From Paramicrosporidium saccamoebae KSL3 (lineage: Eukaryota; Fungi; Cryptomycota), in the NCBI GenBank assembly GCA_002794465.1, contig MTSL01000159.1, positions 97,790-129,789 of the forward strand: 32,000 bases of DNA. Direction: 5' to 3'. Positions 21,893 to 31,891 of this stretch are shown here, piece by piece (positions within the stretch are counted from its first letter, which is position 1; every line of letters starts with the position of its first letter). The translations under genes were made by a program, and so were the position numbers. The notes under the pieces are model-generated. The model saw only the letters and a list, made by a program, of their open reading frames with translations. It had not been told where the DNA came from and searched no databases.

Positions 21893-24512
21893 ATGCGCAT
21901 CCTGTCTCGTTTTGTAATTTTTCGACTTGGCGCACGAGGGTATGCCAACGTAGTTGAGACATATGCGCCCCAAACTGTCCTGAAAAAGATTCGACGCATT
22001 CAATTGCAGCCAGAAACCCCCATCGAATGTCCTGATAAGGTCGAAATACTTTGTGAAAAAAAGACTGATTCAAAAAGAGTATCTCTGGTGCTTGAGCAAT
22101 ACAGAGAATTGCAGCTTAAATATCCCAAGCACATTATTTTGATGCAGGTCGGGGATTTTTTCGAAATATTCGACAATGCCGCCAAGAATGTCAGCCAGGT
22201 TCTTGATATTGGTTTGTGTGAGAGCCGATATGGCACCACGATGACTGGTTTTCCCCTCCGTACCATGGACACGTATCTGGACCGGCTGGTAAGAGCGGGT
22301 AGCTCGCTGGTTTTGGTTGAGCAGCAAGAAGCGAGGCCACCAAACACGGCAATCACCAGGAGAGTCACTAGGATCATTACTCCGGGGACCATTACCGAGG
22401 AAAACTTGCTGGACAGTGGTACTAACAATTTCATGCTTTCAGTGGAAGAATCGGCTGACGGTTATGGGCTTGCATGGATTGATCTCTCTACGGGCTATTT
22501 TCGAATACTGGAGATTGAGGGGAAAGAACTATATAACGAGCTCGTGCGGATAAATCCAATAGAAATAATATCTGCTCCGAACTTGTGGAAGCTGGAAGAG
22601 ATGGATCGATTTGTCAAAAATCATCGCGCAGTCTTGTCGGATCTCGAGTTTCCAAAAGATTCGGCAGCGTTTGTCAAGCTCTTTGGGAGCGACTTCAATG
22701 ATACTACTTTTACAGCCTCTGAATTAGCGGCAGGACTGAGACTGCTGAATTATGTAACAGCAACTCAAATGGAGAAACGTCCATACATTGAATGCCCCCA
22801 GCGGCATAGTCAACAGGACTCGGTGCGCTTGGATGCTGCGGCACTGAGGGCACTGGAGATTTTGAGAAACAATTCAACCAACACTAAGGAGAATTCGCTT
22901 TTGGATGTAATTGACGAGACGTGTACGGCTGCAGGATCGCGTTTGTTGATTCAGAGGTTGCAGACACCACTATTGAAAATGGCAGAGATTGATAGGCGAC
23001 TTGATCAACTTGCCCTGTTTTATGAAAGAGAGGAATTGCTGACGGATATTAGGAGTTTTTTAAAAAAGTGTAAAGATTTGGAGAGGTGCTTTCAGCGGCT
23101 GGCCCTCAACCGTAGCACTGGTGGTCCCCGGGACATGCAGGCAATTCAGCAAACATTAAAACAAGCCTGTGAGATACAGCAACGACTGTGTGCCGTAGAT
23201 GCTCTGCTGGCCGCTGATTTGGGCCATCGCATTGATTCCTGTCTTCAACTGATCGATGAGCTTGAGCGGGCAATTGTAGATTCTCCCCCATCAAAGGCCT
23301 CAGATGGCAGCTTGATAAGAACAGGCTACTCTGCAGCTCTTGATGAGTTGCGTGGCGAGTCGGTGAGTCTTGAATCGAGGTGTGCCGCGCTAGTTGAACA
23401 ATATCGCAAAGAAACCAGTAAACATCATACCACAGCTCTTATGTTTAGAATCAAAGAGTTTGCGACTAGTCAACAGGAAGACGCTGGGATGGTTTGTGGA
23501 AGTAAACCGATCTGAAGGAAAACTGGAGAGTGATCGCTTTGTGCTCGACGGGCAAATTGACAAAAAGTATCGCTACAGAACTGACGAGCTTAATGGCTTG
23601 AATCGAGATTTTGCCATGGGAGGAGAAGAGATTCTAAAGGAAGAGATGCGTATCTATGAGGAGCTCCGTGGCAAGGTTATTGGCGCGGGGGACAAGATTA
23701 TGGCGACGGCAAGAACACTGGCCGAACTAGATGTCATTGCTTCCAATGCACTGCTCGCAAAGAAACGGGGATTCACCAGGCCACTATTAAAGGACAATTT
23801 TGAATTTACGGTTGAGAACGGTCGACACCCAGTTGTGGAACACAAACATGCCGATGTTGGGAGATCGTTTGTGCATAATTCGTGTGATTTGGGCCCTTCT
23901 AAACGTTTTGCATTAGTCACTGGGCCCAATATGGGAGGGAAGAGTACATTTTTGCGACAAAATGCACTGATTGCAATCATGGCCCAATGTGGAATGTATG
24001 TTCCTGCTGATAGAGCTGTGCTGGGACTGGTTGATGCAGTTTACACGAGAATCGGGGCCAGCGATGACTTGTCGCGAGATCGAAGCACCTTTATGGTGGA
24101 AATGATAGAAACGGCAAATATTTTGAATCAGGCGTCGCCCCAAAGCCTTGTGATCATGGACGAGGTGGGACGGGGAACGGCAGCCAAGGAGGGATACTCA
24201 CTGGCGTGGGGAATTTGTAAATATTTATACTCTAAAGGCTGTCGTACGCTCTTTGCCACGCACTACTCTGATCTATCTAAATTGGTCACTACTTTTCCAC
24301 ATAGTCAGTGCTTAATGTCGGCAGCACGACTGGATGCTGATGGTTTGTATTTTCTCCACCAGATATTCAAAGGCGTGGCTACAAAGTCGCATGCGATAGA
24401 AATTGCCAAGCTTGCAGGCATGCCCAAAGAAGTCCTGATATATGCATTAGAGGTTGGGGCGATTGGTGAATCTGAGAAGCCTGGAGAGTCTGGGGGGAGT
24501 AGGGTTAGTTGA
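21893..24512 (+). CDS. MSH1: Mitochondrial MutS homolog Msh1; exons 21893-23417 and 23449-24512
   Basis: Presequence-like MRILSRFVIFRLGARGYA, QVGDFFE mismatch motif, RIITPGT, TGPNMGGKSTFLRQ, STFMVEM, MDEVGRGT and FATHY. A 31-nt GTAAAC..TAG intron joins the two ORFs. Confidence 0.9.
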
Positions 24513-24595
24513 TTGAACGGTTAGTCGATTGAAATATTAGTCAATTGAATGATTACTCTACTGCACCATACCACACTGAACCGCACTACACTATA
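24505..24595. repeat. Back-to-back repeats between convergent MSH1 and CAF1
   Basis: 16-bp TTAGT(T/C)(G/A)ATTGAA-nnn x3 (24505-24552; the first copy includes the MSH1 stop), then C/A-rich 5-mers (CTACA/CCATA/CCACA). Confidence 0.8.
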
Positions 24596-24621
24596 GTAAA
24601 GCTTTAATCATGAATACAGAA

Positions 24622-25521
24622 TTATTGAACCATTGGGGGCGTAGTGCTATAAATGGCAGACGGATCAGTCGACGAAAAGGCACCCGTGATAAAGGGATTA
24701 TTTGATGGCCCATTGATCACTGGTTTAGTGGATGATTCGGCTCCTCCCCCAAGACCATATAATAGACCTTGATATTTGCCATCGTCAATTTTTTCTTCAA
24801 AGAACATGTGCCGGATTTTGAAAAAGGCCTGGAGGGTTAGTAAACTGTCACTACCAGCTTGATGTTGAGTTCCAACGCGCTCAAGACCGAGATCATCGGC
24901 GATATCCTGCAGACCTCCTTTTAGACTCTTGCAGCTCTTCATCATGTGCTTAATGTCGTAGAAATTGGGGAAAAAGATGCAAAGCAGTTCAAAAAACTCT
25001 CCCTCTTCGGCCGGAAGAGGGTTGCACGTCAGAACCTTGAGGAAATAGCCAAAGTCGTAGCCGCTGTGGAAGCTAATCCACTTGACTTCTGGAAGTAGCA
25101 CCAGTCCGGATGTCATTACAAGCTCGCCAAAGTCGCTAACGTCGATACCTCGTGATTTGTGCTGTCTAAAGTCGATACCCGAGTTGGTCAGCAAGTCTAT
25201 AGAGTCTTGAGCATAGGTGTCCTCATCCAAGTTGAATTTAAAGTTGAACTGCCAGGTGCAGACTTCTGGAGGCAAGTTGCCATGCTCGTCTGACAGGGTA
25301 ATGCCCAGCTGAATAACCCTCAACAGGTCCACGTTGCAACGCAGGGTCTGGTACACAAATTCAGACTGTGTGCGAAAATTTCCCAGCGGACGAGCAACAA
25401 TGCCCGGAAACTCGGTATCCATGGCTATATAAGGGTACTTTGGCACAAGCTCTCTGACCGCAGCCATTTCCGTCTCCAGAGTGTCGGCCCAGACATCCCT
25501 AATAAGGACCTTGCGATCCAT
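24622..25521 (-). CDS. CAF1: CCR4-NOT deadenylase Caf1/Pop2 (CNOT7/8)
   Basis: IRDVW, YIAMDTEFPG, LRCNVDLLRVIQLG, WQFNF, WISFHSGYDFGY, YDIK and HQAGSDSLLT, the DEDDh fold. First ATG at 25521. Confidence 0.96.
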   Translation of the reverse strand: MDRKVLIRDVWADTLETEMAAVRELVPKYPYIAMDTEFPGIVARPLGNFRTQSEFVYQTLRCNVDLLRVIQLGITLSDEHGNLPPEVCTWQFNFKFNLDEDTYAQDSIDLLTNSGIDFRQHKSRGIDVSDFGELVMTSGLVLLPEVKWISFHSGYDFGYFLKVLTCNPLPAEEGEFFELLCIFFPNFYDIKHMMKSCKSLKGGLQDIADDLGLERVGTQHQAGSDSLLTLQAFFKIRHMFFEEKIDDGKYQGLLYGLGGGAESSTKPVINGPSNNPFITGAFSSTDPSAIYSTTPPMVQ

Positions 25522-25536
25522 GCACCCCGGAACGGC

Positions 25537-25782
25537 ATGTCCGAAGAAACCAAGGACGACCAGACGTCCAATGTACAACAAATACTACAGTTACGTGCCA
25601 TGTATGAAATGACGACGGCCATTACTTCAAAGTGCTTCCAGACATGTCTTACCCGACTAAACCCACGCCTTGAGGATTCCGACAAAAATTGCATCTCCAA
25701 CTGTGCTGCCAACATTCTTCACATGAAGTTGCTGTTTACGCGGAGACTCATCGAGGCAGCCCAGTCTAACCAGCTTGCATAA
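25537..25782 (+). CDS. Mitochondrial IMS small Tim chaperone (Tim8/9/10/13 family)
   Basis: 81 aa with a twin CX3C motif (KCFQTC ... CISNC). The subfamily cannot be assigned by eye. Confidence 0.88.
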   Translation: MSEETKDDQTSNVQQILQLRAMYEMTTAITSKCFQTCLTRLNPRLEDSDKNCISNCAANILHMKLLFTRRLIEAAQSNQLA

Positions 25783-26062
25783 ACTGACAAACACAGTGGA
25801 CCTGGCTTAAAGGCATATGCCAGCAGGTGGATTTGAGGATTTTACGTGGTACATAGAGTAGTAGGATTATAAAAGGACGGTTGTTTTTATAGCAAGAGTC
25901 GATTATCATGCACACTGTCCACGCTCGAACAAGTACCAATGATAAATTCCTCACAGAATATAATTGGGCCGTGTCTTGATTGGCCAGCGGAGTCTCCTTG
26001 ACCTTTGACCTTTCCCCCTCGAGCTTCATCCCTCGTTCACGACGTCTTAAACTGGCACCGTC

Positions 26063-26738
26063 ATGCCCAAGATATACCAATACAAGCTGGTGCTCCTTGG
26101 CGAGTCGGCAGTGGGAAAGTCGAGCCTTGTGTTGCGTTTCGTAAAGAATTCGTTCTCGGACCATCAAGAGTCAACAATTGGAGGTATGTTTATTATGCAT
26201 GCCACTGTATGTTGTAGCGGCTTTTCTCACTCAGACACTCCAAGTCGACAAAGATACTCTCAAGTTTGAGATTTGGGACACGGCGGGACAGGAGCGCTAT
26301 AATTCCCTAGCTCCAATGTACTACCGCGGGGCTCATGCTGCCGTCGTAGTATACGATATCACAAAGCGGGTAAGGGTGTGGGTTTGAGTTGACATTTAGG
26401 ACTCGTTTGAGAGGGCAAAGAAGTGGGTCACTGAATTGCTTCGAAATGCGTCGCCGAATATCGTGATTGCGCTGGTTGGAAATAAGCTTGACTTGGCCAC
26501 TCATCGCCAAGTAACCTTGGAAGAAGGGCAGGCATATGCTGATGAAGCCAATTTGCTATTTACAGAAGCCAGTGCACGCAGCGGTGATGGAGTGAGTGAG
26601 GCATTTATCAAGATTGCCAAGAAGCTGCCCAAGACGGAGCAGCAAATGGCCTCTCCTAGATTGGCGCCGGATGCACGACGTGTAGACCTGAATCGTTCTG
26701 GTGCTGAAAGCTATCCCACCACCAATCGTTGCTGCTAG
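26063..26738 (+). CDS. RAB5: Rab5/Ypt51-family GTPase; exons 26063-26183, 26218-26369, 26400-26738
   Basis: [61 protein letters not shown] and a C-terminal CC. Introns of 34 and 30 nt. Confidence 0.95.
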
Positions 26739-26790
26739 TCTGGAGTCTGAAGCAGCCTAAAGCCAATAAAGCTGTCGCTATTTCCGTGTT

Positions 26791-26961
26791 TTGAGTGTTG
26801 TTGAGTATTGGTTGGGGTATTTTGGGTGTTGTTGGGGTATTTTGGGTGGTGTTGAGTATTGTTGAGTATTGTTGGGTATTACTACTGAGTGTCAACTACC
26901 GCATGTCGACTACCTCGCGCCGACTACCTCGTATCGACTGCCGCACTTCAACTACCGATTC
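26791..26961. repeat. Back-to-back minisatellites between convergent RAB5 and eIF2B-beta
   Basis: TTGAGTATTG-like 10-mers (26791-26880), then 14-bp TC(G/A)ACTACC-based units x5 (26892-26961). AATAAA at 26765 precedes the first array. Confidence 0.9.
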
Positions 26962-26998
26962 TACTTCTTATACTTTGTAATAAATCACAATGATATGT

Positions 26999-28124
26999 TT
27001 AGACATCAAGGGTATAATCTTCCAGGTCATACATTTCTCTAAGCAGGCGATACACGTAGGATGGTGGATGGCCTCCAGTGTTTGTAATGAAAAGACTGAC
27101 ATATGGGGAGGGGACATAGTCAAAATGTGGATTGACAATATTGACCTTTGACATTAAATCTCCATCAGCAAAGGAAAGCACAGAATCGGGATTCCCAAGA
27201 ATATTAAATGTATCATGGTTCTCGGGGTAGATGGGAGTCAGCTTGTAGAGGCCTGCAACAACACAGACGGGAGTAGAGTGGTGTTTGGCTGCAGTGGCAA
27301 TAAGCTGGCATCCAGAGGGAGCAATAAGACCTCCGTTAGCAGTGACTGCATGGCAGCCGATAATGACCTTGTTCACTCGAGCCATCAGGGCAAATATAGC
27401 AGCGTCAGAAATCAATAATGTCTCTACACCGGCAGCAGCAAGACTTTTGCAGAGATGGTGGCCTCCATAGGTGGGAGAACCTTCGGCCACAATCACCTGA
27501 AACTGGCGCTTCTTTGCGGCAGCAAGCAGAAACCTCTCCACAGCCTTTGACCTTCCAATGGTCATGATAATTTCATTCGAGTGAATATGCTCAAGGGACT
27601 GTTGGGCAAGTGTGTCAGAGACCGACTCGAGTTCGTCAATAATCTCATTGACGCCTTGAATGATGAGTTGCTTCAGCTGGTAGCATTGTCTGCTGTAATC
27701 CGTAGCAGGCGTTGTTGACTCTGCCAACAAGTTGAACATGGACGATTCGCCAGCCGTACTTCTGGTCGAATCATGGGAATCACTGTCTAACGATGTGGAC
27801 GAGTCCACCTTGCAAAGTTCCTTGGTGCTGTTTCGATATTCCTCTCGGATCAAGTGGAGGACTCTTCTAATAATATTCCCAACAGCAAATTCTACAAGAG
27901 ATTACAGCACACGGCTGAATAATGGTACCAACGGGCTGGGCTTGCAAGAGCCGCACTGAGAGCTCTCGAATGTGCTGGATGAGAGAGGCGGCGTTTGTCC
28001 ATCGCGAGTTACTAATGACAGTCCGCAGAAGTTGGGCCGTCTCTAATGCAGTATGGTTGGAGCCGTATATTTGGCGTCGCTTCAGCTGAGACACGAAATG
28101 GTCGACGCTTTGAGAAGTGGTCAT
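26999..28124 (-). CDS. GCD7: Translation initiation factor eIF2B beta subunit (Gcd7); exons 28124-27929 and 27891-26999
   Basis: LKRRQIYGS..TALETAQLLR, then a 37-nt GTACCA..TAG intron that restores AQPVEFAVGNIIRRV. Also EHIHSNEIIMT, RVNKVIIGCHAVTANGG and SLFITNTGGHPPSYVYRL. Confidence 0.93.
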
Positions 28125-28153
28125 TCCAGTGACCCTGGGCCAACCTGTACATA

Positions 28154-30113
28154 ATGTCTGGCCAGAGCTCTCCAAAGAGCGGCGTGGAAGAGGATCATGA
28201 CCAGCTGCGGAAAGCCAGCAGGACGCGGATTCAGTCGCCTGTTCAGCGCGAATTAGACTGGTTCAAACAAAAGTCACCCCGCGCCCTGCCAAAAACGATG
28301 GGATTTCACCCGCTAAACAGTCTCAACCCACAGTATAGCAGCACACGTATAAATCGTACCGTCTCTTGTGACGACGTATTTGACCAACAACGTGAACTGT
28401 CAGCTGATAAGAAGCACGCTACGTCAAATGTTGGATTGCTTACGTTTGCGGATGGATTTCGCAAATACAGTCATGCTAAAAGGGCGGCCGAAGGGCGTCG
28501 TGCTGAGGAGTGTTGTGGTAAGGGGCGCTATAGTAAGGAGCGCTGTAATGAGGAGTGTCGTAGTAAGGAGCGCTGCATCAAGGAGCGCTGTAGTGAGGAG
28601 CGTCACAACGAAGAACATTGTAGCAAGGAGCGTCGTCTTGCCTCACACAGTGGAATTTCTTCTCCTGTTTTTAACATTTCTGATGGAGAACCCGATAATA
28701 TTAGCACCGATTTGGCCGACTTGCGGAAAAGAATTCAGGTAAAATTGATACAGATGGGAGACGCTGTACGGATTATTGACAGCTCTATTGCATCAATGAC
28801 ACTGGCATTGGACTCTATCCTTAGTCGCTTTTCCTACGACAACAAGACGGTTTTATTTGGCTCTAGTAATGTAAAGTGGATATCTGGATACTTTGGAAAG
28901 GTCGGTGCATATCTCGATATTAAATTTGCACAAGTTCCATCCGAATTTGCCGATCTGATGGGCACCATTTCTTTCGGTACCGTATTGATTAGGTTTGAAT
29001 TTGACCTGCGATCGGTCGGCAAGCGGATAATACAAAGGATATTGAGAGAGTCCTTTAAAGGTCGTGTCACAATGCTGTTAGAACCTCTTGAGTATGATCC
29101 AACTTTTGAGCCTGACCCCAAGGCACTCGAGGATGGTAGTCCTGCCCGAAGCACCAGAACTAAGAGCCTCGCTCGAGATACTAGTCTTGACAGGAGAGCC
29201 TCTCGTATCTCAACACCAACCCGGCCAGCCATTCCCCTCACGGACCGGAACCCACGAATATTGTTTACGTTTCCTCCCATGGAGCTTGATGCCGTCACCA
29301 TTACAAGCAATGAGTTGCTGCACCTCCCTGAAGGGGTTTATCTTAACGACTCGCTGATTCAATTTGATCTAAAACTCATCTTGGAGCAAACGAGCGCAGA
29401 CGTCAGGGAAAGAACCCACATATTTAGTTCCTTCTTTTTCAAGAAACTGCTTGACGGAAGTCAGGCCGACTCTGTGACAAAATGCAATATTTTTGACAAA
29501 AAGTTTGTTTTTGTTCCCATCAATGAACAGTACACAATGTTAATGTCTCATTTGTAGTCTCCATTGGTATTTGGCAATGATATTCAACCCATCAGCCGCG
29601 CTCTTGAAAAGCACAAATGCTGACAGTGAGTCGAACGCACCAAATGAATCAAACGAGTCTAAAGAGTTGAAATCTTTTGGTGATCATAGATGCGTAATTG
29701 TTATTTTCGACTCACTTGGGTCTAAACACCGGCGAGTCGTTACTGAACGACTAAAGTCCTTGATTGTCGATGAGGCAAAATGGAAGAAGCAAATTGAAAT
29801 TGACAGCAAAGTCATTTCTGCAACTTATCCAAGACTCCCTCTACAGCAGAATCTCACAGATTGCGGGTGCTTTTTACTCGAATATGTAGAGCAGTTTCTG
29901 CAAAATCCCGACAAGATGATGGCGTGCATTTTACAAAAGGAAGACTTGTCAAATTGGTTCACGCCTGATGATGCAGCTCTTAGGAGGCTAAATTTGCGTA
30001 ACAGAATCGAAGACTTTGAGCAGAAATATGGCAATCCAGTGGAGACGAACCAAATGTCAGCATCTAGTGACGTTGAGGAGATTATACCCCGTACTTTAGA
30101 TTTCGCCGAATAG
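28154..30113 (+). CDS. Ulp2-like C48 SUMO protease; exons 28154-29529 and 29558-30113
   Basis: YLNDSLIQF, HIFSSFFFKKL, and a 28-nt intron restoring VPINEHLHWYLA (catalytic His). FDSLG (Asp) and QQNLTDCGCF (Cys) complete the triad. Long low-complexity N-terminus. Confidence 0.88.
28502..28636 (+). repeat. In-frame 15-bp x9 coding minisatellite in the Ulp2-like gene
   Basis: Consensus AGTAAGGAGCGCTGT, encoding SKERC-like pentapeptides. Confidence 0.9.
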
Positions 30114-30117
30114 AGTT

Positions 30118-30581
30118 TTATTGTATTTTTATGATTGTCGGTCTTCCGTGGGCACAGATGAGCGGCTTTTTGCATTTCCACAGCCTAACGAGCATATTCC
30201 TGATAGTTTCCATTGTTAGATTGTCGGTTATCTTGTATGCACCTAACGATGTCCATAAGCAAGTTTGTACTCGACATGACTACCTTTGCATGCTCTCGTT
30301 TTGAACTCGTCCATGCGCATGGTAGATTTTTTCTTGAGAAACTCGACGTCTTGTACAGTCAATCCACTATCACCAATAGCCTCACTATAATTTTCGAGCA
30401 TCTCTAAGCGAATTCGTTCATGAATTGCGTGCTGATCCCCAAGAAAGACTTGAGTTCCATGAGTAAAGAGAAGAAATCCAGTAGCAAATTTACCAATGAT
30501 AGTAAAGTCGCCTTCTTCCGCAGCATCCCCGCAGCAGCTCCGCAGCATCCCTGTGGCATCCCCATGGACTCCTGATGGCAT
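30118..30581 (-). CDS. Stand-alone MutL C-terminal (endonuclease) domain, MLH3-like, 140 aa; exons 30581-30284 and 30242-30118
   Basis: IIGKFATGFLL...DQHAIHERIRLE. A 41-nt GTAGTC..TAG intron then restores RACKGAYKITDNL, followed by KCKKPLICAHGRP. Confidence 0.85.
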
Positions 30582-30606
30582 GAATGAGTTTATTTTAGAC
30601 AAATTT

Positions 30607-31891
30607 TCAATCTTGGTCGGAACCGATATTGGTAAACTTTACAAGAGACTCCCGAGTGCAATCTCCTCCCTTGGCAGGATCAAACCTAAATCGATAGAAT
30701 GATCCATCTACGGACGCAACAAGAACAGTTGATGGATCTTGCCCAAATGTTGCAACGCATTTCTGCTCGCCAACTTTACATTGTGCAAAGCTCCATTGCG
30801 AAGAAAAATACTTTGGAAGCAAATCCTTCATAAAGAACAGACTAAAGGATAAGATTGTCGTGCTGTAATAATACCTTGAATGCTTATTCTGTCCTTCATC
30901 ATGAACAGGGCCATATTCTGCGACGAACGCTGCATTAGGGCTTACTGCATTAGGGTTGGCTGCATTTGTGGGGCCATCGAGAGAAAAAACATGAACAGTG
31001 CCCTTATCGCTGGCGACGCATAACTTGCTTCCGTCCCGACTAAACTCAACGCTAAAGATTTCTGCACGATCTGTCCCCCTTCGTAGCTCACATAGTAGCC
31101 TCCCAGATTTAATGTCAAATACTCTGATTAGCGTGCCTTTTTCCGAAGCGGTAGCCAGCAAATTTCCTGCATAGTCAACAGCCAAAGCAGCGAGCGGGCT
31201 TTCGTGAGCAGGCACAATTGACGTCACTGACGCATTTCCACCAATTCCAGTGATGCAGACATGTCCATCATGTGAGGCAGGGAATGCCATTACATTAGAG
31301 TCATTTGCAGTACTCACAGAGCATAATCCTAATGGATTGAGATTGGTGCAGAGAGAGGAATACCAGAAGGATTTTCGTGTGTCTCGTAGGCTTGGAGAAG
31401 CTTGGGAGACTTTTCTAGCGTAAACACGTGGATTTTGCCATCCAGAACGACTACAATCCTAAAGTTCAAGCGGCAACGAAACGGCGCTGTACCGGTCTTT
31501 CCTGAGGATTACTCTCTTTACTTCTGAACGAAATTCTAGCTCCGCTTGAGGCTTGCCAAGCTTTTCATCAAAGAGGATCACCTTGTTTGGAGCATATCTT
31601 GGCGACCTCCCCCCGCCGACAATTGCCAGTATATTGGTTCTGTGCAGCATTGATACCTGTCCAATGCCACCGTCCTCAAAATCTAAAAGTATATCGGCAT
31701 ATGCCCGTCATACCTCGACGCAGGACTTTGCGCACCGGCTCTGTTGAGTAGACACAAAAGCCATATTCAAATCCTGCTGCAAAACACGTTGAATCTTGAT
31801 TGAAGCTGAGGCCGAGAATTGGCATTCTTCCTGGGGCCACTGACGACAAACTGCCGGAGCGCGTGTGACTTTGACAGCTGGACATTGACAT
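30607..31891 (-). CDS. PROPPIN WD40 protein, WIPI3/4-Hsv2/Atg18 family; exons 31891-31714, 31682-31493, 31458-31364, 31328-30875, 30841-30607
   Basis: [57 protein letters not shown], the LRRG phosphoinositide motif, SDKGTVHVF and [10 protein letters not shown]. Four introns of 31-35 nt. Confidence 0.92.

Noticed and set aside
30842-30874. Reading [11 protein letters not shown] as a genuine WIPI insertion
   Set aside because: It is a 33-nt GTA..TAG segment whose removal restores the family-like [13 protein letters not shown], so it is most likely an in-frame intron.
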